64,000 nt of DNA. It comes from a virus. The stretch lies in the IMG/VR virus record IMGVR_UViG_3300045988_159775. One strand, 5' to 3'. A program made the position numbers and the translations under genes. Shown piece after piece: positions 45,160 to 53,439 of this stretch. Numbering within the stretch: the stretch's first letter is position 1; each line of letters starts with the position of its first letter. The notes below the pieces were generated by a model. The model was not told the DNA's origin. It worked only from the letters and a program-made list of their open reading frames with translations, and made no database searches.

Positions 45160-45950
45160 CTTATTCTCGGTTTCATACCATAAACATAACCATCTGGGAG
45201 TGGAGAATTTTTATCAATAACCTTATTCAAAACTCCGTTATTTATTCTAACTTTGCCGGTCATAGGATTAATACAGCCATTAAGATATTGTTTCTTTTTC
45301 TTCTCTGACATTTGTCTCCTTTGTTCTTCATTCCACTTATTACCGTAATTAGGATTTAAAACCCCAATGTATCTACCTTTCATAATATCAGATTGTTTCT
45401 TTTTTTGTTCCTCGTTCCATTTATTACCGTAATTAGGATTTAAAACCCCAACATATCTACCAGAAAGTGTTTTTGATATTCTTTGTTTATAATCCGTATT
45501 ATGCAATTTTAAAAATCTCTTTCTTTCTCTTTCTTTCCTTTTATCAGGGTTTTTAATATTCCATAAAATTGCAGATTCGCTACACTTTTTGCGAACAATT
45601 GGATCTTTCATAGGACTACCCGAACCAAATTGATTAGCAGTTCCCCAGAGTACATTGCAACCTCCTAACCCATAAGAATAATGAGATTTTTCTTTCTTAA
45701 TGAAACATTCTTCTAATTTATCAAGAACTCTTTGCGAACAAAAATTTTCATACAAAATTTCCTTTTTAATCAACTTTTTCCAACAGGTTGGATAATCCTT
45801 TCTCAGTCGTTTCAGAAAATCATCCCAAATTCTTCCGCTTCCCCAATAATTATCTAATGAACCCCAATGCTGTCCTACATAATATGGGTTTCGTCCGTTA
45901 AATTTATGCCCTGATAATATAGTGAATTTGTAAATTATTCCCTTTTTCAT
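45156..45950 (-). mobile_element. GIY-YIG homing endonuclease with two NUMOD3-like repeats
   Basis: GIIYKFT..NPYYVGQ (the GIY-YIG motifs). GVLNPNYGNKWNEEQ occurs twice. ATGA overlaps join it to both dnaE fragments. Confidence 0.85.
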
Positions 45951-47626
45951 AACATTGACTTTAATTTATCTACGTCAATATCTATATTTGAAAAATCTAA
46001 ATCTACGTCAATATCTATTTCTTCCCCATTTGTTAAAGGTATTTTTATTTTCTTTTCGACTGGAATAATAATAACTTCTCCATTCTCCATTTCAATTACA
46101 AAATTCTCTGGGGCTTTAACACGCGTCTCGTTCAAAAATCTCTCGAACATAAGATCGTACTTCAATGGATCTACGTCTGTAATATGAAGACAATATGCTA
46201 CTAAACTACCACAAACTGAACCTCTACCCGTTCCGACCATTATGTCATTACTCTTACACCAATTTATAATATCCCAAAGGATCATAAAGTAGTCTACCAA
46301 GTCATTAGGAACAATTACTTTACATTCCGTTTCCAAGCGTTTCATATAAACGTCAAACTCCTTTTCGGGTAGATCGCCTAAACGCTCAGATACACCCTTT
46401 TCCAAAACTTTAAAGAAAAACTCAGTAGCATCCTTAACTTCAAATTTCGGTAGTTTACGCTCTCCGGACGGAATTTTGAATTCAATTTCTTGAGAAAGAC
46501 TAACGGCGTTTTCTATACCCTCTGTTATTACTTCAAACAAAGGCTCCACTTCATCTAACCAATCTATGTAGGCATTGAATGTATCTCGACAACTTTTGAA
46601 ATATTGGTCTTTAGCTTCTGGTATTGCTTCGCCTAAAACAGCATTGAGAGTTTTCTTCAATTCACTCATTTCCCGATCTAAATAATACGAATCATTTATC
46701 AAGATCGGACGAACGTATTTTTGATATTTAAGTATGTAAGTATCGAGGTTGGAAAGGTGTTTTTTGAATAAAGTCTCCGATACGTATTCAACCGTATCAA
46801 TTTGATAAAAGACTTTTGAAAATTTCTTCTTGTATGTCTTAATTAGTTTCCTAACTGTTTCCGGTTCATCTTTCAAATAATTGACTTCTGATTCCTTTGG
46901 AATAACGAGTGCTAAACCAGAGCCGTATTTATACAATTCATAATCGGGAATAAACCCACGATAAGTTACATTGACGGCTTTATTGATTTGTAAGAGATTC
47001 AACCATCCCTCAAAATTCAATACGTATAGTTTAAGTTCAAAGGTTTCTTGGTTGGTCTTTTCAGCATCATATTCTTTTGCTACTACGACCGTTTCGCCAA
47101 TAATAGATTTAATCCCTTTTTTATCGCAAAAAGTCTGAAAGGAGAGCGTGCCTGCTAAAGTATTCTTATCACAAATACCTAATGACTTAATGCCCATAAA
47201 CGCGGCTTTCCTCACCCAAGTTTCGCACCCTCCGCTTCCATTCAATATTTCATACTCTGAGTGAACTCCCAGATGAACGTAATCGGTTATAAATTCCTCG
47301 CTCGTTTTACCAAGATATTTGAAATCATTGAATTGAGGCTTAAAGATTACTTCATTATAACGGTTCTTGTCTTTTATGATAGCCGAATAATAAAATTTCT
47401 TGCCGAACTCAAACAGAATGTATTTAACCTTTTCCTCGTCCAAAAGATCGAATTCTTCATCTGAAAGAAGAAATGAGAAATCCTCATCAATTATCTTTCC
47501 GTCAAAGGGATGTAAGTATAAAAAGTCCCCAACTTCCTCGATAGAAATAATATCAGAACCCTCCAAAGAAGATTCTGATACTACTAAATTATTTTCCTTT
47601 ACCCAAAGGCTCAATTCTTCTGTCAT
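45947..47626 (-). CDS. dnaE: DNA polymerase III alpha (DnaE), N-terminal fragment (PHP domain and start of palm)
   Basis: PHP motif YVHLGVHSEYEILNG, then GTGRGSVCGSLVAYCLHITDVDPLKYDLMFERFLNETR, then a 57-aa non-canonical tail. Confidence 0.85.
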   Translation of the reverse strand: MTEELSLWVKENNLVVSESSLEGSDIISIEEVGDFLYLHPFDGKIIDEDFSFLLSDEEFDLLDEEKVKYILFEFGKKFYYSAIIKDKNRYNEVIFKPQFNDFKYLGKTSEEFITDYVHLGVHSEYEILNGSGGCETWVRKAAFMGIKSLGICDKNTLAGTLSFQTFCDKKGIKSIIGETVVVAKEYDAEKTNQETFELKLYVLNFEGWLNLLQINKAVNVTYRGFIPDYELYKYGSGLALVIPKESEVNYLKDEPETVRKLIKTYKKKFSKVFYQIDTVEYVSETLFKKHLSNLDTYILKYQKYVRPILINDSYYLDREMSELKKTLNAVLGEAIPEAKDQYFKSCRDTFNAYIDWLDEVEPLFEVITEGIENAVSLSQEIEFKIPSGERKLPKFEVKDATEFFFKVLEKGVSERLGDLPEKEFDVYMKRLETECKVIVPNDLVDYFMILWDIINWCKSNDIMVGTGRGSVCGSLVAYCLHITDVDPLKYDLMFERFLNETRVKAPENFVIEMENGEVIIIPVEKKIKIPLTNGEEIDIDVDLDFSNIDIDVDKLKSML

Positions 47627-48831
47627 AACTTTCCAAGATAATCATGTTTCATTGGAATAGTTAACCTTGATGCAAAGAAATTCTTAGCTAATATTGCCAT
47701 ATCCCAATCGTGCGCACCCTCCGCTTCCATGAGCTCTATTTCAGATATAGCCGTTTTCCTAATAGCATCCTTTTCTTCTACCGACTTGCAAACCTTGTTT
47801 TTTTGCTTGTATTTAACGTAAATACTTAATAGCCGATATACGTTATGGAAGAAGTGAGAAAACTCTTGTAATTGCTTTATTTCATCTTTGTTTACTTCTC
47901 CACCTCGTTGATCTTCCAAAAGGTTACGGATAATTAAATCAAAGTAATAGTTTATTTCTATGAACTTATTTGTCGGAACGTCATGAGAAAAATTGAAGTC
48001 CATAGGTTTTTCCTCCGCTGGAGTAGATTCGTAAAGAGAGTGGCCACCGCCTTGTTTTTCAAATTCTTCGTCCATTTCATCCGCCGTACCATTCCAATTG
48101 TAAATATGAAGACTTTGAGAATTATGAGTTTGAGTCCCCAACTCTATTCCCAAACAAGAAGCTATAACTTCAGATAAGAAACTGAATTGGAATACGTTCG
48201 TTGGAAGTCCCCAATGCAAGTCGTTACTCCGATTAGCTATTGTAGTTATTAGTTTTCCGTTTCTAATTTTGAACATAACTAAATCATTGCACGGTATATC
48301 ACGCGATTTACTCCCTAAATCTAAAACAGGATTCCAAATCGACATAACGACTTGACGACTATTAGGATTACCATATAAAATCCTAATAGCTTCCAAAACT
48401 TGATCAAAACCTCTTTGAACTGAAACGTTTGAAGAAAATGGATCATCGGAACGAGAACCCCAATGACGTAAACGAAAACCGTATGGCGCATGAAATACAA
48501 TTCCATCATCGCTAAAGTCTTTCATACGAGAATTAAAGATATTCAAGAATTCAACGTCACTTCTTCCGCTTACTATCCAAATCGCTTCGGCAAGAAGAAA
48601 GAATACATTAATATCTCTACCATAACCTCCTGTGCAACGCTTGTAAGGATTCGTTATAATAGTTTTGACATCCAGTAGTTCTTTTACTTCCCCGTTCCGG
48701 CTTTCTTCTAAATCCTTATTGTTAAGAATGTAATTGTTAATAACCGGGTAAATAATCCCAAAATTCTCCGCTTTTGCTACACCATAATCTGGTATGAAAC
48801 AATTAGTTTTAGGTAAAATATTATCTTTCAT
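47623..48831 (-). CDS. thymidylate synthase-family enzyme, probably a deoxyuridylate hydroxymethylase or an atypical TS
   Basis: NPNSRQVVMSIWNP, DIPCN (catalytic Cys), ANRSNDLHWGLPTNVFQF and SLHIY. At 402 aa it is longer than ThyA. Confidence 0.75.
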   Translation of the reverse strand: MKDNILPKTNCFIPDYGVAKAENFGIIYPVINNYILNNKDLEESRNGEVKELLDVKTIITNPYKRCTGGYGRDINVFFLLAEAIWIVSGRSDVEFLNIFNSRMKDFSDDGIVFHAPYGFRLRHWGSRSDDPFSSNVSVQRGFDQVLEAIRILYGNPNSRQVVMSIWNPVLDLGSKSRDIPCNDLVMFKIRNGKLITTIANRSNDLHWGLPTNVFQFSFLSEVIASCLGIELGTQTHNSQSLHIYNWNGTADEMDEEFEKQGGGHSLYESTPAEEKPMDFNFSHDVPTNKFIEINYYFDLIIRNLLEDQRGGEVNKDEIKQLQEFSHFFHNVYRLLSIYVKYKQKNKVCKSVEEKDAIRKTAISEIELMEAEGAHDWDMAILAKNFFASRLTIPMKHDYLGKL

Positions 48832-48941
48832 TTTCTAATTTATTTTCTTTACTTTATAACTTTGAGAGAGAATAAAAAAGAGTCACCGTTTCTCAACGAC
48901 AACTCTTCATTCGGTAAAATATGAATAAGAATGTATGATTT

Positions 48942-49031
48942 CAAAAAGGGAGATAGCGGCAAGGTTTCGATTGGGGGATGTTTTGCAGCACGTTATGAGT
49001 TATGAATTTGAAATCTTGCCGCTTTTCTCTC
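48942..49031 (-). terminator. possible long-loop hairpin terminator
   Basis: Minus strand GAGAGAAAAGCGGCAAG-N51-CTTGCCGCTATCTCCC followed by TTTTTGA. It starts right after the 49032 stop. The loop is unusually long. Confidence 0.35.
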
Positions 49032-50276
49032 TTATTTCTTAACTGTTTTCTTTATGACCTTGCTTTTCTTAACAGGCTTTGGCGCTTCTTCCTCTTCTTC
49101 ATCGTCCTCATCTTCTTCCGGCTCTACGACTTTCTTGGCAACGGGCTTTTTGGCGGTTTTCTCTTTCTTCAAGTTATCCTCCATTTTCTTGCGGTTGTCA
49201 CCCAATTTTTTGTCTACCGTCTTAACCATACGTTCCATATCCGGAAGTAATGTTTCAATGATCTCGATCAATTCTGAGCTTTCTACGCTCTTCAACATTG
49301 GAGCACCTGACCAACATTTTTCGAATTCAATTTCGGCTTTTTCCAAAATCTCGTCCTTACCGTTGAACAACAAAAGATAAACGTTGCACGTCATAACGGC
49401 TTTTTTACCCTCGCCTTTTACAAAGCAATTTTCAACCCCAATAATGCTACGATTAGAATTTTTGCCTTTGTACTTGATAGTAAGACCAGCGGCAATCCAT
49501 GCGTACAAATATTCACTTTCTGGGAAGTACTTCTTCAGAAAATCGAACGCTGCGCGATCTTCTTCATTGTTCTTAGGATTTAAACGCGTTCCTTTTTTGG
49601 TAGCTGCTTTTTCTGCTGGTTTAGCAGCAGTTTTCTTTGCTTCCTTAACTTCTTTCTTCGCTACTTCCTTTTTTGCTGTAGCTGCTTTGGAAGCCTTTTT
49701 AGGTGCGGGTTTTTCTTCTTCCTCTTCATCATCTTCCTCCTCCGGCTCAAGGAGAGCATTGATAGCATCGCGAATATCATCGTCAGACCAAGATTTTTTA
49801 ACTGATATCTCCAAACCTTTTTCCTTGATGTATGCTTTCAATTCCTCACGACTCATATCTTCCAAAGAAACGTTTTCATCTTCATCCTCCGGTTCTTCCT
49901 CTTCTTCATCGTCCTCATCTTCTTCCGGCTCTACGACTTTCTTGGTCGCTTTCTTTACCTTTGGCGCTTCTTTCTTAGCAGGCTTTTCGGCTTTCTTCTT
50001 TGACGCTTTATCTTCTTCCTCTACTTCCTCCGCCAGTTCGTCTGCTTCGGCTTCCTCATCAATATCATCGTTTTCATCTTCGTCATCTGACGTTGTGTCA
50101 TTAACAAAAGTTTCAGCAATTTCCACGATAGTAATCAGTTCCTCATCATCCATCTGTTCAATTCCGTTCTCTTCAAGGATTTCCAGAAGTTTCGGTTTAA
50201 CCGCTTCTTCAGTTGAACCTGAAATTCCTAAAGCCTTAACACGCTTTGCTAAAGCGCCAGTCAATTTTGTTGCCAT
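49032..50276 (-). CDS. acidic/lysine-rich repeat protein with a HeH (Rho_N/SAP-like) motif
   Basis: I prefer the ATG at 50276 (MATKLTGALAKRV), preceded by AAATTGTAAAAACA. It has three KKVVEPEEDEDDEEEEE repeats and LKAYIKEKGLEISVKKSWSDDDIRDAI. Confidence 0.6.
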   Translation of the reverse strand: MATKLTGALAKRVKALGISGSTEEAVKPKLLEILEENGIEQMDDEELITIVEIAETFVNDTTSDDEDENDDIDEEAEADELAEEVEEEDKASKKKAEKPAKKEAPKVKKATKKVVEPEEDEDDEEEEEPEDEDENVSLEDMSREELKAYIKEKGLEISVKKSWSDDDIRDAINALLEPEEEDDEEEEEKPAPKKASKAATAKKEVAKKEVKEAKKTAAKPAEKAATKKGTRLNPKNNEEDRAAFDFLKKYFPESEYLYAWIAAGLTIKYKGKNSNRSIIGVENCFVKGEGKKAVMTCNVYLLLFNGKDEILEKAEIEFEKCWSGAPMLKSVESSELIEIIETLLPDMERMVKTVDKKLGDNRKKMEDNLKKEKTAKKPVAKKVVEPEEDEDDEEEEEAPKPVKKSKVIKKTVKK

Positions 50277-50304
50277 TGTTTTTACAATTTTAGTTAATAA
50301 TTTT

Positions 50305-50949
50305 TTATTCGTTCTCTGAATTGTTATATCTTGAGAATACTCTCCTTTTTTGCTGAAGTTCGTTACCATATTTTCTGATAAGGAATTCTTTTTGCATTTC
50401 TATTATATCTGTAACGCCAAAAGGTTCATCCCCACTTGCTATAATTTCACGTTTCTTTTTCTTTTCCTCAGCATTGTTAAAATAAACTTTGGTAAGAAAT
50501 GCTATACTATGACCTCGCAAATAAAGAGAAAATACTGAACGTTCCTTGCCGGTTAATCCCTCCAATAGATCAATATCATTAACAATGAATTTATTTTGCT
50601 CATTTGATATTTTACAATCTTCCTCTATACCGAAATCGTAATCTATTTCATCAATGCGAATTTTATTATTTTCACGCGTTATGAGTTTCATAAAATCACG
50701 CATTTTATTGCTACACGCTGCTTCCAAATAATATCTTATCGGAACGGGTTTTGCATATCCCTCTTTCCTGTACTTCGCCCATCTTCTGCCGTAGCTTTTA
50801 ATGGAAAGGAAGATTTTTATACGGAATTCTTGTACCAAATCCTCGTACTCGAACGAGAGTTGTTCGAATGAATAGATACGAGAAGCATATTTTTTTGCTA
50901 AATACTCGTATCTATTGTAAATTTTCTCAGATACTTTCATAGTATACAA
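50305..50949 (-). CDS. divergent sigma-70-family-like protein (tentative)
   Basis: A region-2-like block (EDLVQEFRIKIFLSIKSYG..YYLEAACSNKMRDFMK) and a region-4-like block (LTGKERSVFSLYLRGHSIAFLTKVY). Confidence 0.35.
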   Translation of the reverse strand: MYTMKVSEKIYNRYEYLAKKYASRIYSFEQLSFEYEDLVQEFRIKIFLSIKSYGRRWAKYRKEGYAKPVPIRYYLEAACSNKMRDFMKLITRENNKIRIDEIDYDFGIEEDCKISNEQNKFIVNDIDLLEGLTGKERSVFSLYLRGHSIAFLTKVYFNNAEEKKKKREIIASGDEPFGVTDIIEMQKEFLIRKYGNELQQKRRVFSRYNNSENE

Positions 50950-51128
50950 ATATCCGCTTTCTTAATATTTAACTCAGCACGGCGGCGAAGAACTTCTTTC
51001 AAATCTTTGTGTGCAAAAAGAATAGCGCCGTCAGACTTTCTCACCAGTTGATAGTAGAAGTTTTCTTCACCATTTGGTCGATCATAGATATAATCTATAT
51101 AATACGGAGTAGGGATGTTTGTTGCCAT
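50937..51128 (-). CDS. hypothetical protein (first gene behind cassette C)
   Basis: 63-aa ORF directly downstream of promoter cassette C. Confidence 0.5.
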   Translation of the reverse strand: MATNIPTPYYIDYIYDRPNGEENFYYQLVRKSDGAILFAHKDLKEVLRRRAELNIKKADICIL

Positions 51129-51288
51129 GATCTTTTCAAATTAGTTTTACAATTTGTTTTTCGATTATGAGTACAAAGGTAAGGGTTTTGTAGATACCGA
51201 CAAAATTTTTCTTGGTAAATTTTCGTTTTTACCAAAGAATTTAACTTTTGTTAAAAGAAAAGGACTACTTTCCCAAGCAATCCTTAAC
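51129..51288 (-). repeat. promoter/leader cassette copy C
   Basis: Near-identical to copy A, including the distal 57-bp module (51232-51288). Confidence 0.9.
51174..51204 (-). promoter_or_regulatory. Bacteroidetes-type promoter
   Basis: Minus strand TTTG-TCGGTATCTACAAAACCCT-TACCTTTG (N19). Confidence 0.7.
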
Positions 51289-51491
51289 ATAAAACTAATC
51301 ATCCTAAATTCTAAAGTAGCAGAATATGATATATTTACATCTTTACAGAAGATGTAAGCGAACAGATATATGATTCCGATACTTTAGGAAAAGAGCGTCT
51401 TGTTTAAAATAGAGCATTTGTTCTGGTAAAACAAATCTTGGTTCTCTTATTGTCTAACAAAATTAACTCCTCTTAAAATATAAACTTTGTA

Positions 51492-51528
51492 TAAAAAATA
51501 CCCCAGATATTTGTAGTATCCGGGGTAT
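51492..51528 (-). terminator. rho-independent terminator inside the long noncoding region
   Basis: Minus strand ATACCCCGGATA-CTACAAA-TATCTGGGGTAT forms 12 bp with one mismatch, followed by TTTTTTAT. Confidence 0.65.
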
Positions 51529-51825
51529 GAAAAATGATACAAATACATTAAAGTAAGTTACTGAATACCTTAAAGTTTAACACTATAAATTTGTAATCAT
51601 TCAAAAGAATATATATTAACTCAAGTCCTTTCCCTTAATAAAAGGAACATTTTCAAAAACATTCCTTTTCGATTCTTTTTGCTATACATCTCTATGCAAT
51701 AGCAAGTCAGGTGTTTACATCTCTGTCTATACTTTAAAAAACGTGAAAATTCATAAAATATGAGGGAATTATATACTTTATAACCTATAATTCATAATTG
51801 AGTAACCTTGGGAATTTTCTTGAGG

Positions 51826-52011
51826 TTATTTTATGCACTCTTCATGAGCGTAATAAATAGAATGAATTATATTCTCAGCTACTTCCTTTGAATAACCATT
51901 ATTGCGTTTGCTATATTCGCATAAAACGTCTGCACTATCAAATGGCTTATTTAGTTCTCGTGCTATATTATGCAATTCTGAGAGAACTTGTTTAACTTCT
52001 TCTGATTTCAT
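51826..52011 (-). CDS. hypothetical protein
   Basis: 61-aa ORF. Confidence 0.4.
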   Translation of the reverse strand: MKSEEVKQVLSELHNIARELNKPFDSADVLCEYSKRNNGYSKEVAENIIHSIYYAHEECIK

Positions 52012-52036
52012 AACATCTTATTTTTCAATCTTTCTT

Positions 52037-52471
52037 TTAAAGTATTCTTATCGTATCCTCCGGTTTTACTTCTTCATACCTTTGTAATTTCAAAGAATAC
52101 AAAGTTAAATTTCCGTCCTCTTTCACTTGGTCCAAAGTCCAAATTTCTCCCATATATGAAAATTCGCTACCTACGGAATAGTAATTTTGTTTATCAAACA
52201 TATTTAGCTCAAAAATAGGATGACCGTCATCGCTGAAAAGTTCCGCTTTAATACTTTTCATAGTACGCTTATCGCTGAAAATACTCTTCAAACGGTTTCT
52301 TTTAGCAATTTTAACAATCTTCTCCTTTTTATAGCCCATTAATTTTTCATAGTACGCTTTATCCTTTGGGCTGTAATATATCTTGCGCCTGAACTCTGCC
52401 AATAAGTATTCTTTCTGCAATTGCAGAAAATACTCAGCAACGGACAAGTTTCTTGTTTTTACAGTTTCCAT
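52037..52471 (-). CDS. hypothetical protein
   Basis: 144-aa ORF adjacent to the primase gene. Confidence 0.5.
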   Translation of the reverse strand: METVKTRNLSVAEYFLQLQKEYLLAEFRRKIYYSPKDKAYYEKLMGYKKEKIVKIAKRNRLKSIFSDKRTMKSIKAELFSDDGHPIFELNMFDKQNYYSVGSEFSYMGEIWTLDQVKEDGNLTLYSLKLQRYEEVKPEDTIRIL

Positions 52472-52473
52472 CT

Positions 52474-53439
52474 CTATTTTAGTTTTCCGATTATATCTAC
52501 ATTAAATTCTCTTGGTTTTCGAAGAACGCTGAAAACTTCGTAGGCTTCGCTTTTAGAGCATTCATCAATATCTTTTTTAGTTGTAAATGTAATAGTTGTA
52601 TTGAAATACTCTTCCAACTCCAAACCGTACTTCTTTATCTCTTTCAAAGCGTCATAATCATACAAAAGTATAACGCTTTCAATTCCCTTTATTATCAATT
52701 TTTGTCTTTGCTCCGGGCTTATCTTTTTACCGAACGTACAAACGCATTTCACAAAAGGTTCTTCCCAAAGTTTCAAAAACTTATCAACAGCGATCTTATC
52801 AAATATTCCCTCAACGAGAATAACCGTGCGCGTGGAGTCCTTTTCAATTTCGTCATATCCAAACAATAACTGACCGAAATTCGTATCCGGGGAATTATTA
52901 TAACGTAGTCGATCTGCGGGAACTTTCTTTGCTCCGTATCGCCCTAAAAACCCCCGAATTTTTCCTCCATCGTAAATTGGTACTATTACGTAATTTTGAA
53001 ATTTACGTACTAAATCCGTTGCACCTATTTTGTAACGCACGCAATCCTCCGGTGTTATACGGCGGTTAAGAAGATACGGAGTACTATTGCGGCTGACTTT
53101 CCAACCCAATGGTAGTTTCTTTTCCGGCAATTCCTCTAAACGCACTTCATCTTCTTCTGAACGCTCTTCCAGAATTTCCTTTATGCTTACTATCTTTTCC
53201 CTTTCTTCAATCGTAGCACCACCCAAAAGATAAGTTCTATTGAGACGTTTAAGAAGTTTGTATATACCACCAGATTCTCCACAACGTTTACAATCCCATT
53301 GCTGAGTCTCCTTGGAGATATAAAAGTGAGCTTCTTTATTACAAAAGGGACACGTACAAATGTATTGTCCCCTCCGATTAAGTTTTGGGTTGATTAATAG
53401 CTCGCGTAAATCCGAATCGTCAATCTTCATCTTTCTCAT
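52474..53439 (-). CDS. dnaG: DNA primase (zinc finger plus TOPRIM, DnaG-like)
   Basis: CTCPFCNKEAHF..CKRCGESG zinc finger, TOPRIM VILVEGIFDKIAV, and LLYDYD. Confidence 0.8.
   Translation of the reverse strand: MRKMKIDDSDLRELLINPKLNRRGQYICTCPFCNKEAHFYISKETQQWDCKRCGESGGIYKLLKRLNRTYLLGGATIEEREKIVSIKEILEERSEEDEVRLEELPEKKLPLGWKVSRNSTPYLLNRRITPEDCVRYKIGATDLVRKFQNYVIVPIYDGGKIRGFLGRYGAKKVPADRLRYNNSPDTNFGQLLFGYDEIEKDSTRTVILVEGIFDKIAVDKFLKLWEEPFVKCVCTFGKKISPEQRQKLIIKGIESVILLYDYDALKEIKKYGLELEEYFNTTITFTTKKDIDECSKSEAYEVFSVLRKPREFNVDIIGKLK

Noticed and set aside
45951-46118. Group I intron catalytic core in the noncoding-looking flanks of the GIY-YIG ORF.
   Set aside because: This stretch is AT-rich, reads as open coding sequence, and shows none of the GC-rich P3-P7-type pairings I looked for. 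Only 34 nt follow the endonuclease stop. I kept it as an open alternative in the finding, not as a feature.
45947-47626. A naturally split intein in DnaE, as in cyanobacterial dnaE-n/dnaE-c.
   Set aside because: The N-fragment tail does not begin with Cys or Ser after the extein, is only 57 aa, and lacks intein blocks A and B. The C-fragment leader is 15 aa with no His-Asn before a nucleophile.
49384-50319. 311-aa plus-strand ORF, and the similar 192-aa plus ORF at 40265-40843, both Ser/Phe-rich.
   Set aside because: They are the antisense reading of GAA/GAG/GAT-rich acidic tracts in the minus-strand genes. They are low-complexity, have no independent start context, and lie on a strand that carries no other credible gene.
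8899-51288. The repeated cassettes as a CRISPR-like array.
   Set aside because: The copies are 5-20 kb apart and 80-160 bp long. Each sits upstream of a gene with a promoter consensus, and there is no regular repeat-spacer structure anywhere in the window.
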